Source: an uncultured bacterium
GTDB lineage: Bacteria > Omnitrophota > Omnitrophia > Omnitrophales > Aquincolibacteriaceae
DNA length: 64,000 nucleotides
Direction of reading: 5' to 3'
NCBI GenBank assembly: GCA_964410905.1
Contig: CAYPIR010000001.1
Coordinates: 21,861 to 85,860 of the forward strand
A model generated the notes under the pieces. It made no database searches. It was given only the letters and a program-made list of their open reading frames with translations, and had not been told where the DNA came from. The position numbers and the translations under genes were made by a program. Below are positions 49,426 to 60,718 of this stretch, one piece after another. Each line of letters begins with the position of its first letter. The first letter of the stretch is position 1.

Positions 49426-50961
49426 TTACTCCCACTCAATTGTCGCGGGCGGCTTGGAGGTAATATCGTATACAACGCGATTGATATGCTTAACTTCATT
49501 TACTATACGGATGCTTACGCTGTCTAGGACTTCATATGGAATCCGAGCCCAATCCGCTGTCATAAAGTCTGTTGTCGTCACTCCGCGAAGAGCCACTGTG
49601 TAATCATATGTTCTAAAATCTCCCATCACGCCGACAGAGCGGACATCGGTTACAACCGCGAAATACTGGTTGATAGAACGTTCAAGCCCCGCTATTTTTA
49701 TTTCCTCGCGAAAAATCGCATCCGCTTCGCGCAAAATCTCAAGTTTCGCCTCAGTTACTTCTCCGATTACGCGAACGCCAAGTCCGGGACCGGGAAAAGG
49801 CTGCCGCCACACCAAGTTTTCAGGAAGTCCTAGTTCAATGCCCATCCTTCTAACTTCGTCCTTAAAAAGAAGTCTAATCGGCTCTATCAACTCCTCAAAA
49901 TCAACAACTGAAGGAAGTCCGCCGACATTATGATGCGATTTAATCACAGCGGAATCGCCAAGCCCGCTTTCAATGACATCGGGATAAATCGTCCCTTGAA
50001 CCAAAAAGTCTACTTTGCCGATTTTCTTCGCTTCGTCTTCAAACACTCGTATAAACTCTTCGCCAATCGCTTTGCGCTTTGCTTCGGGTTCGATAATGCC
50101 TTTTAATTTTTTTAAGAATCGCTCCTTGGCATTCGCGCGGACAAAATGCGAGTCAAAAAACCCGTCAAAAACTTTCTCGACTTCATCGCCTTCATTTTTG
50201 CGCATAAGTCCATGGTCAACAAAAACGCATGTAAGCTGCTTGCCTATTGCTTTTGACACAAGCGCGGCAACAACGCTGGAGTCAACGCCACCGGACAACG
50301 CGCAAAGAGCCTTGCCTTCTCCGACTTGCTTACGGATTTTTTTTATCTGCTCATCAATATAACTCGCCATTGTCCAATCGCCCGAACATCCGCAAATTTC
50401 ATACAAAAAATTGTGAAGCATATTTTTTCCGTTGGGAGTGTGATTTACTTCGGGATGAAATTGAACGCCATAGAATTTTTTCTTAGCATCCTCAATAGCC
50501 GCGGCAGGACAAGTTTCTGTTTTCCCCGTTACGCGAAATCCCGCGGGAAGTTCCTTTACAAAATCCGTATGACTCATCCAACAAGTTTCCGTTTTGCTCA
50601 CGCCTTTAAAAAGCGCGCTGTCGGTTTCAAGCATTGCGGTCGATTTGCCATATTCGCTTTTTGTATGCGCGTTACCAACTTTCCCGCCGAGACTATAAGC
50701 CAGCAATTGACAGCCGTAACAAATTCCTAAAATAGGCACGCCCAAATTTAAAATACGTTTGTCGCAACGTGGAGATTTTTCATCACAAACACTGTTGGGA
50801 CCACCTGTTAAAATAATGCCTTTGGGATTTTTCGCAGCAATTTCTTCGAAAGGTTTATTCCAAGGCAACAGCTCGCAATAAACATTTTGTTCTCTAACTC
50901 TTCGCGCGATAAGCTGACTGTATTGTCCGCCAAAATCTAAAATCACTATGGTTTGATTCAT
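49426..50961 (-). CDS. guaA: GMP synthase (glutamine-hydrolysing).
   Basis: GATase1 active-site Cys (GICYGCQLL), the ATP-PPase motif SGGVDSSV, and a C-terminal dimerisation domain. Confidence 0.95.
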   Translation of the reverse strand: MNQTIVILDFGGQYSQLIARRVREQNVYCELLPWNKPFEEIAAKNPKGIILTGGPNSVCDEKSPRCDKRILNLGVPILGICYGCQLLAYSLGGKVGNAHTKSEYGKSTAMLETDSALFKGVSKTETCWMSHTDFVKELPAGFRVTGKTETCPAAAIEDAKKKFYGVQFHPEVNHTPNGKNMLHNFLYEICGCSGDWTMASYIDEQIKKIRKQVGEGKALCALSGGVDSSVVAALVSKAIGKQLTCVFVDHGLMRKNEGDEVEKVFDGFFDSHFVRANAKERFLKKLKGIIEPEAKRKAIGEEFIRVFEDEAKKIGKVDFLVQGTIYPDVIESGLGDSAVIKSHHNVGGLPSVVDFEELIEPIRLLFKDEVRRMGIELGLPENLVWRQPFPGPGLGVRVIGEVTEAKLEILREADAIFREEIKIAGLERSINQYFAVVTDVRSVGVMGDFRTYDYTVALRGVTTTDFMTADWARIPYEVLDSVSIRIVNEVKHINRVVYDITSKPPATIEWE

Positions 50962-51015
50962 AATTTCCTCATTAAATATTTTTGAATGTTTCTCTATAGA
51001 TTAAGCCAATAAAGT

Positions 51016-51762
51016 TTGGATTATATCACGCTTTATGTTAAATTATCCGCCGTTATGCTTAAACTTTTGCGAACACATACAAAAACTATTGTTTGGATTG
51101 TTGTCGGTTCATTTCTTCTTTGGGGCGGATATTCCGTTACAACACTTAAAAAAGAAGGCCGTTACGCGGGCGAAGTCTTCGGCAAAGCCGTAACATTCCA
51201 AGACTTCAATGTTTTTTCACGCGCCACACAGCTTTTTATGCCCTCGGAACAGCCTCTTGAAGACGCCGATCTTGTTCGCGCGTACACTTGGCAAAACATT
51301 ATTTTTTCACGCGAGGCAAAACGCGAAGGCGTAAAAATCTCTGACGAAGATGTCCGAAATGAAATTGCCAAAATTTTAACCCAGCAAGGCATAAGCAACC
51401 CTACTCAAGAACAATATCGTATTTGGCTTGCCCGCTCGCTTCAAATTTCTCCAAGCGAATTTGAGGAAGGGCTTCGCGAATTTATGCGCATTCAAAAGTT
51501 AATTCAAAGCAAAATTTCCAGCTTCGCGCTTCAAGATAAAATATCTGCCGCCTCGTCTGAGGAAGAAAAAGCAAAGTTCGCCGTCAAGCAGCGTGAAAGT
51601 TTTATCGCTTGGACAGATGAGGTAAACGCCCGTGCGAAAATTAAAGATTATCTTGCTCTGACGCTTGCGAGGAACAATTCAGTAGAAGTTACAAATGAAG
51701 TTCAAGCAATCGCGGAGCCCATCACTTCGGAAGTGAAAACTGACGAAAAAACAAATCCATAA
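51016..51762 (+). CDS. SurA-N-terminal-domain-like periplasmic chaperone-like protein with a single N-terminal TM segment. It has no PPIase domain. The start may be the internal MLKLL at 51055.
   Basis: TM segment IVWIVVGSFLLWGG followed by a SurA_N-like helical domain. Confidence 0.55.
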   Translation: MDYITLYVKLSAVMLKLLRTHTKTIVWIVVGSFLLWGGYSVTTLKKEGRYAGEVFGKAVTFQDFNVFSRATQLFMPSEQPLEDADLVRAYTWQNIIFSREAKREGVKISDEDVRNEIAKILTQQGISNPTQEQYRIWLARSLQISPSEFEEGLREFMRIQKLIQSKISSFALQDKISAASSEEEKAKFAVKQRESFIAWTDEVNARAKIKDYLALTLARNNSVEVTNEVQAIAEPITSEVKTDEKTNP

Positions 51763-51803
51763 TTCCTTGTCTTAATTCTCTATCACTATAAGGAGATTCT
51801 CAC

Positions 51804-52838
51804 GTGAACACTGTTGACTCTATCGCAAAAATTGTAAATGGAACTGTTGTCGGCGATTCTTCCGCGCAAATAGAAAACGTAACGAACTCCGAGAACCCTC
51901 TCAAAAACCATATAGCGTTCGCGCAAGATGAGAAAACTCTGAAGGCTTTAGAAGCGTCTGAAATAACTTGCGTTATTGTTTCAAAACAAGTTACGCAATC
52001 ATCGAAAATTCTTATTCAAGTTGAGCAACCCAAACACGCGTGGGCAAAGCTTTTGCGCGCGCTATTCCCCGCTAAAAAATTTTCAGGAACAATCTCTGAA
52101 AAATCTGCCATCGCGAAGTCGGCAAAATTAGGAGCGAATGTTACAGTAGAAGCATTTGCGAATATTGGCGAAAATGTTGTCATAGAAGACAATGCGGTGA
52201 TACGTTCCGGATCATTTATAGATGAAAATGTGAAGATTGGAAAAAATTCTGTGATTCATCCAAATGTCGTAATTTATGCCGGCTCAGTTCTGGGTGATAA
52301 TGTAATTATTCACGCGGGAACGGTTATTGGAGCCGATGGGTTTGGTTACGTGGAAACTCAAGGCGAGCGAGAAAAACTCCCGCAAATTGGAAATGTCATA
52401 ATTGAAAATGATGTGGAAATTGGAGCTTGCTGCACAGTCGACCGCGCGGCCATCGGTTCTACCCGCGTTGGCAAAGGTTGTAAAATTGATAACCTTGTTC
52501 AAATCGCGCACAACGTTCAACTGGGTGAACACTGCGCGATTTCCGCGCAAACAGGAATTTCCGGAAGCTGCAAAATCGGATCGCATGTTACGATGGGTGG
52601 TTCGGTCGGCATTGGCGATCATGTTGAAATTGGCGACTGGGCAATGATTGGCGCCGGAGCGGGATTCCCCTCCAATAAAAAAGTCCCAGGCAAACAAATT
52701 TATTTCGGGCAACCGGCAAGACCATATCAAGAAATGCGAAAGCAATTTGGCGCGCAACTTCGTTCGGCTGAAACTTTAGACGATGTCCGAGCTCTTAAGA
52801 AAAAAGTCGCGGAATTAGAGAAAAAACTGCTCGGTTAA
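51804..52838 (+). CDS. lpxD: UDP-3-O-(3-hydroxyacyl)glucosamine N-acyltransferase.
   Basis: N-terminal LpxD domain, left-handed beta-helix hexapeptide repeats, and a C-terminal coiled-coil. Confidence 0.9.
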   Translation: MNTVDSIAKIVNGTVVGDSSAQIENVTNSENPLKNHIAFAQDEKTLKALEASEITCVIVSKQVTQSSKILIQVEQPKHAWAKLLRALFPAKKFSGTISEKSAIAKSAKLGANVTVEAFANIGENVVIEDNAVIRSGSFIDENVKIGKNSVIHPNVVIYAGSVLGDNVIIHAGTVIGADGFGYVETQGEREKLPQIGNVIIENDVEIGACCTVDRAAIGSTRVGKGCKIDNLVQIAHNVQLGEHCAISAQTGISGSCKIGSHVTMGGSVGIGDHVEIGDWAMIGAGAGFPSNKKVPGKQIYFGQPARPYQEMRKQFGAQLRSAETLDDVRALKKKVAELEKKLLG

Positions 52839-52848
52839 TTTCTAGCCT

Positions 52849-53514
52849 CTATCGCTTCAATTCAATCAGACTTAAAAACTCGCTCCGCGAACGCGCGTCT
52901 TTTCTAAACGCCCCAAGCATTGCGCTTGTTACGGTGTAAGCACCCGCTTTGCGAACGCCTCTCATTGCCATACAAAGATGAAGCGCCTCAATAACAACCG
53001 CCACGCCTTCCGGATTTAATTCTTCCATCAAACATTCGGCAATTTGCGTTGTAAGCCTCTCTTGTACTTGAAGACGCTTAGCAAAAATTTCCACAATACG
53101 CGGTATTTTGCTAAGTCCTACAATTTTTCCATTTGGCATATAAGCGATATGCGCTTTACCATAAAATGGCAGCAGATGATGTTCGCAAAGCGAAAAAATC
53201 TCAATATCTTTAACAATAACCATTTCATCATACGGTTCTTTAAAAATCGCTCCACTCAGAACCTCTTTTGGATTTTGTTTATAGCCTTGTGTCAAATACC
53301 GAAGAGACTTCGCCACTCGCTCCGGGGTTTTTAGCAGCCCTTCTCGCTTAGGATTTTCGCCCAAAAGTTCCAGCATATTTTTTACCACATTTTCAAAAAT
53401 TCCATCCGGAGTTTTTGATAATCTCTCTTGTTTCGAGGCGTTGCTCAAAGATTTCCGCGCATTTTTTAAGGCATTCCCCGTAGCTTTATCATACATAATC
53501 ATTTTCTTTTTCAT
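52849..53514 (-). CDS. folE: GTP cyclohydrolase I.
   Basis: …[33 protein letters not shown]…. Confidence 0.9.
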   Translation of the reverse strand: MKKKMIMYDKATGNALKNARKSLSNASKQERLSKTPDGIFENVVKNMLELLGENPKREGLLKTPERVAKSLRYLTQGYKQNPKEVLSGAIFKEPYDEMVIVKDIEIFSLCEHHLLPFYGKAHIAYMPNGKIVGLSKIPRIVEIFAKRLQVQERLTTQIAECLMEELNPEGVAVVIEALHLCMAMRGVRKAGAYTVTSAMLGAFRKDARSRSEFLSLIELKR

Positions 53515-54398
53515 AAAATTTTCCTATCCCCAGTCTCCGTAAGAGTTTTTTTAAAAACTTTCGCGATAAAAACTAAAATGAGCATTAAAAAAATCCAGCC
53601 TACCACGCCGTCATAGACTTTCTTGGTCGCCCAGAAAAAAACATTATCGTTTGAAAATCTCATAAAAAGTCCCGCGCTCTTAATAAAGAAAACACAGCCG
53701 GCATGCAAGCCTATGGATGTCCAAAGAGAACGGGAGCGGGTAAGCGCGAAATTAAGCGCGAGACCAAACAAAAAAAGTCCGACAAAAGCAGGCCAAACGG
53801 ATTGCCATTCGGCAAATGATTGTATCGGCGCGAGAACTAATTTCAAACTATCAGCAATTCCGGGCGACGTGGAAATTTCCGGCTTTTTCACGCTGACAAA
53901 ATGAAGCGAAGAATAAAAAAGACTTGTCGCAATCATCGCGAGCGCGGTGCCGCCTCTAAATAATTTATCCCGAAGTCCCGTGAACACAAACCCGCGAAAA
54001 AAAAACTCCTCTATTGTTCCAATCAAAACCGCGGCCAAGAAACAGCCGACAAGTTTTCTAGCCCATTCCAAATACGGCAAATCGCGTAAAGCAATTTGAG
54101 AATTTACTCCCAGCAAGGACACGGCAGAAAAAATCAAGAGCGTTACAATCGCTATCCCAAAGCCTTTTAAAAAAAATACTAGACTTTGTTTTTGCCAATC
54201 CATTTTATAAGCGGCAAATGTTTCTTTTTTTATCTTCACAAACAAAGCAACCGCGACGAGCGTCAAAATCATAACGACTCGATTAAAAATCCTTCCGAAC
54301 TTAAACGATGGCATCAAGTCGTAAAGGATGGGCGTCAGCACAACGCTTAGGACAAGTATAGAAAGGAAAATTGCCAGAAACTTAAAAACCGATTTCAT
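53511..54398 (-). CDS. CPBP-family intramembrane metalloprotease (CAAX protease/Abi).
   Basis: EExxxR motif (EEFFFRGF) and conserved His in TM helices. Confidence 0.75.
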   Translation of the reverse strand: MKSVFKFLAIFLSILVLSVVLTPILYDLMPSFKFGRIFNRVVMILTLVAVALFVKIKKETFAAYKMDWQKQSLVFFLKGFGIAIVTLLIFSAVSLLGVNSQIALRDLPYLEWARKLVGCFLAAVLIGTIEEFFFRGFVFTGLRDKLFRGGTALAMIATSLFYSSLHFVSVKKPEISTSPGIADSLKLVLAPIQSFAEWQSVWPAFVGLFLFGLALNFALTRSRSLWTSIGLHAGCVFFIKSAGLFMRFSNDNVFFWATKKVYDGVVGWIFLMLILVFIAKVFKKTLTETGDRKIL

Positions 54399-54413
54399 AG
54401 TCCGCCTTTTTTT

Positions 54414-54869
54414 CTACATTCTTAATTCCAAAGTCATTTCGATCTCAACGGCAGCATTCATAGGAAGGCTCGCGACTCCGACAGCCGAACGCGCGTGCGT
54501 TCCCGCCTCGCCGAATATTTTAACAAGCAGCTCTGACGCGCCATTAACGACTTCAGGAATTTCATAAAAATTCGGCGCGGCTTGAACAAAACCTGTCAAA
54601 TTAACAACCCGCACTATTTGGTCAAATCCAATTTCTTTCATAATAGAAACTGAGTTTAAAACCGCGGCTTTAGCGGCAAGCTGTCCCTCTTCAAGCGTCA
54701 GAGTATCGCCGACTTTCCCGGTCAAAATTTTGCCCGTGGAATCCTTAGAAATTTGCCCGCTGATGAACGCGCGATTCCTGGAAATCACAACGGGTTTATA
54801 AACTCCGACAGGTTGAGGAGCCGGCGGAAGAGATATTCCCAATTCACTCAATTTTTCTTCTATGGACAT
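54414..54869 (-). CDS. ridA: RidA/YjgF-family reactive-intermediate deaminase.
   Basis: YjgF fold pattern …PARSAVGVASLPMNAAVEIEM. Confidence 0.85.
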   Translation of the reverse strand: MSIEEKLSELGISLPPAPQPVGVYKPVVISRNRAFISGQISKDSTGKILTGKVGDTLTLEEGQLAAKAAVLNSVSIMKEIGFDQIVRVVNLTGFVQAAPNFYEIPEVVNGASELLVKIFGEAGTHARSAVGVASLPMNAAVEIEMTLELRM

Positions 54870-54883
54870 AAACCACCTCTTTG

Positions 54884-55582
54884 TTATTTTTTAGAAATAT
54901 TTGTTATTATAAGTGTAGCGGCGCCAAAACAAAAACGTTTCATTAGCGTAAACTCAAACCCTTCTTTTTCCATTTCCGCAACAATTTCGTTTGGTGTTTT
55001 AAAATCCCGAACCGATTCAGAAAGAAACCGATATGCTTTCCAATCGCCTGAAACAATCCCGCCAATCAACGGTAAAAAAATCCAAAGATAAGGATAGAAA
55101 AATATTTTAGCAAAAAAATTTGTCGGCCGCGTCAGCTCCAAAAACGCGACTTTCCCGTTATGTTTCAAAACCCGTTTTATGTTTTTTAAAAAAACAGAAA
55201 AGGATTGGACGCTTCTCAGCGTAAAAGCGGACACCACCAAATCAAAACTTCCGTCCACAAACGGCAAAGCCTCAAAATCGCCTTTGAGCCAAATAGTATT
55301 TTGCGAGATTCGTTCTCTAGCGGCTTCAAGCATTTTTTTAGAAAAATCCAATCCCACAGAAATTTCCCATGTTTTACTTTTGATAAAACATTCCAAAAAC
55401 TTTCCTGTCCCGCAGCCCAAATCCAAAATGGCCTTGGGTTCAACATCAAAAGTTTTTAAAATTATTTTCGAGGATTTTGCCCTCCAGCCGTCAGACATTC
55501 CAAAACTCAAAATGTTGTTAATCGCATCATAGTAAGGCGTTATAGAATCAAAAGATTTTTGAATAAATTCTTTATCAGCCAT
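54884..55582 (-). CDS. ubiE: Demethylmenaquinone/ubiquinone C-methyltransferase.
   Basis: Class I SAM methyltransferase (LDLGCGTGKF) with the UbiE/MenG family pattern, adjacent to the mqn genes. Confidence 0.8.
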   Translation of the reverse strand: MADKEFIQKSFDSITPYYDAINNILSFGMSDGWRAKSSKIILKTFDVEPKAILDLGCGTGKFLECFIKSKTWEISVGLDFSKKMLEAARERISQNTIWLKGDFEALPFVDGSFDLVVSAFTLRSVQSFSVFLKNIKRVLKHNGKVAFLELTRPTNFFAKIFFYPYLWIFLPLIGGIVSGDWKAYRFLSESVRDFKTPNEIVAEMEKEGFEFTLMKRFCFGAATLIITNISKK

Positions 55583-55596
55583 ACACAGCCTCCTTT

Positions 55597-56670
55597 TTAT
55601 TTAAAAACACTCAAAACTTCATACTCCGTATTTCTTTGAACCGGTATAAAACCAGCGTTTTTAATAAGCCGTGTTAAATCTTCCTTGCGTGTCAAAATTT
55701 TTATCCCAGTCGATTCTAAAACTTTATCTTCCAAGAGAGTTCCGCCCATATCGTCCGCGCCGAACATCAAAGCAATTTGCGCCAGCTTCAGCCCTTCTGT
55801 AAGCCAGCCTGCCTGAATGTGCTCAAAATTATCCAGCATAAGCCTAGAAATTGCTACAGTCTTTAGATAATCATCTCCTCCCGCTTGTGATAAATGACTT
55901 AATGCCGGCGTCCCTCGCGGCGAAAAACTCCAAGGAATAAACGACCGAAAGCCCTTTGTTTCATTTTGAAGTGCTCTTAACCTTAAGAGATGTTCAACGC
56001 GTTCCGCCTTTGTTTCAATATGACCAAACATCATTGTCGCGGTTGTTTTAAAACCAACCTCGTGCGCTTCCCGCATTACTTCAAGCCATTTTTCAGTTGA
56101 AATTTTTTTTGGACTAATTATTTTACGAACCCGCTCAACCAAAATTTCCGCTCCGCCTCCCGGCAGTGAACTGAGCCCTGCTTCTTTAAACTTCAGCAGT
56201 ATATCGCGGAGAGACATTTTGTTTTTTTTTGCCAACATTTCCATTTCTATCGCGGAAAAAGAATGTATGGCAATTTGCGGAAATTTTTTATGAATAGCGT
56301 TCGTGATTTCTAAAAAATAATTCAAATCTAAATCAGGATTAATTCCTCCTTGTATCAACACCTGCGTCCCGCCCAAACGGACAAGTTCTTCCACTTTTGT
56401 CAAAATCGCCTCGCAAGACAAAACAAACTTTTTTGAGCTTTTAGGTTTGCAATAAAACGCGCAAAATCCACATTCAATCACACAAACATTTGTATAACTT
56501 ACGTTGCGGTCGACAACAAAACTAACCGCGTGGGGCAAAAGACGCGGCGTTAATTTTAAGGCTGCTTGTCCCAGCTCAAGTAAATTGGCATCATAAAGCG
56601 CGACTCCGTCTTCTAACGATAGCCTTTCGCCCGCGAGCCTTTTTTGCAAAATAGGTTCAATGTTTGCCAT
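55597..56670 (-). CDS. Radical-SAM enzyme of the futalosine pathway (MqnC/MqnE family).
   Basis: CVIECGFCAF radical-SAM cluster motif. Length about 357 aa. It is adjacent to mqnA. Confidence 0.75.
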   Translation of the reverse strand: MANIEPILQKRLAGERLSLEDGVALYDANLLELGQAALKLTPRLLPHAVSFVVDRNVSYTNVCVIECGFCAFYCKPKSSKKFVLSCEAILTKVEELVRLGGTQVLIQGGINPDLDLNYFLEITNAIHKKFPQIAIHSFSAIEMEMLAKKNKMSLRDILLKFKEAGLSSLPGGGAEILVERVRKIISPKKISTEKWLEVMREAHEVGFKTTATMMFGHIETKAERVEHLLRLRALQNETKGFRSFIPWSFSPRGTPALSHLSQAGGDDYLKTVAISRLMLDNFEHIQAGWLTEGLKLAQIALMFGADDMGGTLLEDKVLESTGIKILTRKEDLTRLIKNAGFIPVQRNTEYEVLSVFK

Positions 56671-56672
56671 AA

Positions 56673-57503
56673 TTAATTAAAAAATTCTATTTCGCTGAGT
56701 TCGTTACGAACAAGTCCGTCTTCATAAGCAAGGTTAAAAAAACGCGTAAGCCCTTGTTGCATTTCATTATCAAGGCTATATTCAAGTCCGTCAAAATATC
56801 CAATCAATTGGCAAAACCTAGCATCTCCCAGATCGATTTTCATAGAATCAAAAATCATTTTTTCCAAATCCGCCAAATTGCATTTCGTGTTTTCTCGCAG
56901 CGCGTGGCAAAATTCATGAAGCTCGTCGGGATTATTCTTAGCAAAATCTTTGCGAGCAACCCAAAGAGAAAAAACAAACGGAAGGTTTGTTAAATTTCGC
57001 CACAGTCTAGCTAAATCATATTTATAAATAAGCGTTTTGGGCTGACAAAAAAGAGCCTCATCGCCAATCACAACCGCCGCAATATGTTTTTTAAATATTT
57101 CTCCCAAGTTTTGCGCTACGGTTTCAAATGAATTTTTAAAACCAAACGAATGTTTCAAAATAATTTTTATTAACGATATTGAACTGTAGCTTTCTTTTGA
57201 AAGCGCTATCGTTCCCCCGTTCAATTCCTCTATTTTTTTTCGAGATAAAAGCAAAACGCTGCGCGCAAAAGCTTGCGCTCCAATACAAATGTCGGGCAAA
57301 AGTAAATATTCATTTTGATGTCTTAAGTACTCAAGTGAGGATACGGGGCCTAACGCAATACGCCCTTCACGCAGCGCGGAATTTATATTGGCGGGATAAT
57401 CTTCCAAAAACTCTATATCTTTTAAGCCGCGATTTTTAAGTCTTTCTTCCAGCCCAAAATAAAACGGCAGACAATTGAGATAAGAGATTTTTCCTATTTT
57501 CAT
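56673..57503 (-). CDS. mqnA: Chorismate dehydratase MqnA (futalosine pathway). The start is set at MKIGKISYL, which overlaps the ubiX stop in an ATGA arrangement.
   Basis: The ISYLNCLP N-terminus is typical of MqnA/MqnD. Confidence 0.8.
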   Translation of the reverse strand: MKIGKISYLNCLPFYFGLEERLKNRGLKDIEFLEDYPANINSALREGRIALGPVSSLEYLRHQNEYLLLPDICIGAQAFARSVLLLSRKKIEELNGGTIALSKESYSSISLIKIILKHSFGFKNSFETVAQNLGEIFKKHIAAVVIGDEALFCQPKTLIYKYDLARLWRNLTNLPFVFSLWVARKDFAKNNPDELHEFCHALRENTKCNLADLEKMIFDSMKIDLGDARFCQLIGYFDGLEYSLDNEMQQGLTRFFNLAYEDGLVRNELSEIEFFN

Positions 57504-58069
57504 TTCGCGTTTCCGACCCAACGCGGAAAAAGCATATGCGTCAAATCCATTTGATCTAAAACTTTTCCAACTACAAAATCGATCAAGTCTCGCACCGTAT
57601 TTCGCGCGGAATAAAACGCCGGCATCGGAGGAACAATCCGCACTCCAAGCCGCGAAAGTTTCAGCATATTTTCTAGGTGTATGGCCGAAAGCGGCGTCTC
57701 GCGAGGAACAAGTATCAATTTACGCCCTTCTTTAATCGTGCAGTCAGCGGCTCTGTGAATAAGGTTTTGGCTAAGCCCCGCGGCAATCGCGCCGAGCGTT
57801 CCCATACTGCACGGAATAATCACCATTCCCGCAGTTGGATACGAGCCGCTTGCAATTGATGCCGTAAAATCATAAAAATTGTAAACGCGTATAGATTTTG
57901 AATTTTCAAGAAAAGCGAAATTCCCATTTGATTCTTCAGCGATAACTTTTTTTGCCGTGTCAGAAATAACAAGTTCTACGGGGATATTCCTCTCTCCCAA
58001 AACTTCCAAAAGCCTTTCGGCATAAACCGCTCCGCTTGCTCCTGTAACAGCTACAACATAAGGTTTCAT
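57500..58069 (-). CDS. ubiX: UbiX-family flavin prenyltransferase.
   Basis: VAVTGASGAVYAERLLE… UbiX/Pad1 pattern. Confidence 0.9.
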   Translation of the reverse strand: MKPYVVAVTGASGAVYAERLLEVLGERNIPVELVISDTAKKVIAEESNGNFAFLENSKSIRVYNFYDFTASIASGSYPTAGMVIIPCSMGTLGAIAAGLSQNLIHRAADCTIKEGRKLILVPRETPLSAIHLENMLKLSRLGVRIVPPMPAFYSARNTVRDLIDFVVGKVLDQMDLTHMLFPRWVGNAK

Positions 58070-58117
58070 AATTTTGTCCTTTTAAATAATTTCCAAACCT
58101 CCGATAAAACCTTTTTT

Positions 58118-58981
58118 TTAAAACACCTCGTCGCAGAAAACCGCGATAAAAAATAAAACGCTCACCACCGCGTTCATAGTAAAAAATGCTTCGTTAATTT
58201 TTACTTCGCTAAAAGACCGCGTAAGACTATGTTCGCGAATTAAAAACCCGCTTATGACAAAAATGCCTGCGAAATAAAAAATTCCGCTATGGGCAAAAAA
58301 ACCAGCCGAAATCCAAAAAAGCACCGCAGCAATATGCAAAATCCGCGAAATAGTTAAAGTAACCTCTCTGCCCCATTTGGCAGGAAACGAAAAAAGATTG
58401 TTCGCGTGATCAAATTCTATATCCTGCAAAGCGTAAATCATATCAAATCCCGCTACCCAAAAAGTTACACCCAAGGTTAAAAACAAAGGCGGGAAATCAT
58501 ATGTTCCACGGCTCGCTATCCAAGCGCCATACGGAGCGATGCCAAGAATTAAACCCAATATGAAATGCGAAAAATAGGTTACTCGTTTTGCGTATGGATA
58601 GACCCAAGTCAAAATGACTGGGATTGGAGAAAGAAAAACACAAAGTGCTCCAAGTTTAACCGCGCTGTATTCAAAAATAATAAATGAGGCGACAATCGCT
58701 ATTAAAACATTTCGCGCGCTTAACTGCTTTTGCGGAAGCGCCCTGCCGCAAGTTCTAGGATTTTTCGCGTCTATATTTCTATCAACAAAACGGTTGATTG
58801 CCATCGCCATTGTTCTAAAGTTCACCATCGCCAAAGTTATCCACAAAAAAATGGAAGCGCGAGGCAACCCGCCTTCGGCAAGAATCAATCCTGAATAAGC
58901 AAACGGGAGTGCGAAAATTGAATGCTCAAGTTTAATGTCTTTTGAGAAAACCAAGAGTTTTTTAAGAAAAGTTTTAATCAA
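58118..58981 (-). CDS. UbiA-family aromatic prenyltransferase (MqnP-like).
   Basis: NRFVDRNIDAKNPRT (NDxxDxxxD) and eight or more TM helices. Confidence 0.85.
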   Translation of the reverse strand: MIKTFLKKLLVFSKDIKLEHSIFALPFAYSGLILAEGGLPRASIFLWITLAMVNFRTMAMAINRFVDRNIDAKNPRTCGRALPQKQLSARNVLIAIVASFIIFEYSAVKLGALCVFLSPIPVILTWVYPYAKRVTYFSHFILGLILGIAPYGAWIASRGTYDFPPLFLTLGVTFWVAGFDMIYALQDIEFDHANNLFSFPAKWGREVTLTISRILHIAAVLFWISAGFFAHSGIFYFAGIFVISGFLIREHSLTRSFSEVKINEAFFTMNAVVSVLFFIAVFCDEVF

Positions 58982-60428
58982 TCCCGTATTCTGCCCATCT
59001 GTCCGTTACAAGTTTTTTTATTTCCTCACTCATTATTATATCGTCAGGCCAAGGGCGGTTCATTCCCTCTTCTTTTGTTTTGCGAGTAGCGTCTATCCCA
59101 ATTTTTGAACCTCTTAAATTGTCTGGCGAGCTGTGGTCAAGTTCATCAAGCGGACCTTCAGAAAAAACAAAATCTCGTTTCGGATCTATATTATTTAGTA
59201 CTCGCCACGCAACTTCGCTTGTATTTTGGATATCCGCGTCGTTGTCCAAAACTATAATCATTTTAGAAAACATCATTTGTCCCAGCCCCCAGAGAGCGTG
59301 AATGATTTTTCGTCCTTGCGCGGGATATGTTTTCTTTATTTTGACTATCAAACAATTGTGAAAATTTCCCTCCCACGGCATCGCAATGTCCAATATTTCC
59401 GGGAACTGTTTTTGAATAAGCGGCAGAAAAATTCTTTCTATCGCTTTTCCCATAAAACAATCTTCCATAGGCGGACGGCCTACAACAGTCGTTGCGTAAA
59501 TAGGCTTTTTGCGATGAGTCATACAAGTTATGTGAAAAACAGGAAAATCTTTTGCCTGCGAATAAAATCCTGTGTGATCGCCAAAAGGACCTTCAAGACG
59601 ACTTTCTCCCGCTTCAACATATCCTTCTAAAATTATCTCGGCTTCCGAAGGGATTTCCAAATCAATGGTTTTGCATCGAGCAAGTTCGACTGAACTCCGC
59701 CGCAAAAATCCCGCCAACATCAATTCATCAATCCCTGACGGCAGCGGACACACCGCAGAAAACATAAGCGCGGGATCAGCGCCAATCGCGACCGCTACAG
59801 GCAATTTCCCGCCGCCCGTCTCGCTTAATTTTCTAAAATGCTCAGAACCATCTTTATGAATATGCCAATGCATTCCAGTTGTTTGATTGTCATAGACTTG
59901 CATCCGATACATCCCAAGATTGCGAACGCCGGTTTGCGGGTCTTTGGTGATAACAATTGGAAGAGTGATAAATTTGCCGCCGTCTTTCGGCCAACATTTC
60001 AAAATCGGAATCGTGTCAAGAATCGCTCCCTCTCCTGCCCTAACAACAACTTCTTGACAAGGCGCATTTCGGACAATCTTGGGGATAATGTTTTTTAGCT
60101 CAAATGCTTTTGGAACAAGCGATAGACCTTGTGTAATATTTTGCGGCGGTTTTAAATCCAGAAACGATTTTATGCGCGCGGCAATTTCGTCTATGTTTTT
60201 CACGTCAAGCGCCATTGCCATCCGCTTGTAGGAACCATATAAATTGATAGCCACTGGAAACGCAGAGCCTTGTATATTTTTAAAAAGAAGCGCGGAGCCA
60301 TTCTGCTTCACAACTCGGTCATATATCTCCGTAATCTCAAGTTCCGGATTAACTGACGCATCAATTTCCCGCAACTCTCCAGAGTCTTTTAAGACTTTAA
60401 TAAATTCAGATAGGTTTTTAAAGTTCAT
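58974..60428 (-). CDS. ubiD: UbiD-family decarboxylase (MqnM-like).
   Basis: UbiD family pattern across 484 aa. Confidence 0.9.
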   Translation of the reverse strand: MNFKNLSEFIKVLKDSGELREIDASVNPELEITEIYDRVVKQNGSALLFKNIQGSAFPVAINLYGSYKRMAMALDVKNIDEIAARIKSFLDLKPPQNITQGLSLVPKAFELKNIIPKIVRNAPCQEVVVRAGEGAILDTIPILKCWPKDGGKFITLPIVITKDPQTGVRNLGMYRMQVYDNQTTGMHWHIHKDGSEHFRKLSETGGGKLPVAVAIGADPALMFSAVCPLPSGIDELMLAGFLRRSSVELARCKTIDLEIPSEAEIILEGYVEAGESRLEGPFGDHTGFYSQAKDFPVFHITCMTHRKKPIYATTVVGRPPMEDCFMGKAIERIFLPLIQKQFPEILDIAMPWEGNFHNCLIVKIKKTYPAQGRKIIHALWGLGQMMFSKMIIVLDNDADIQNTSEVAWRVLNNIDPKRDFVFSEGPLDELDHSSPDNLRGSKIGIDATRKTKEEGMNRPWPDDIIMSEEIKKLVTDRWAEYGID

Positions 60429-60718
60429 CTATTAAATTCCTTTTACATCTTCGTCACGCAACCGTAGGACTTACATAAAAAACAACCTTATTTCCAAAGC
60501 TTCGCAATGTTGTTTTTTGTTTAATCTTAGATTAGCATCTTTATAGAAAAAACATAAGAAAAATTCATCGTCGTTAACAAGCAACGCCATCTGAGAATCA
60601 ATTGAGCTTTGGTAACTACGATAAATTTTTGTTTAATTTAGACAATACAAATTGCCTCGGTTTAATTCGCGCGGAATTGCTTTTCCAAACAAATTTACTA
60701 CAGAAAATCATAAAACGG

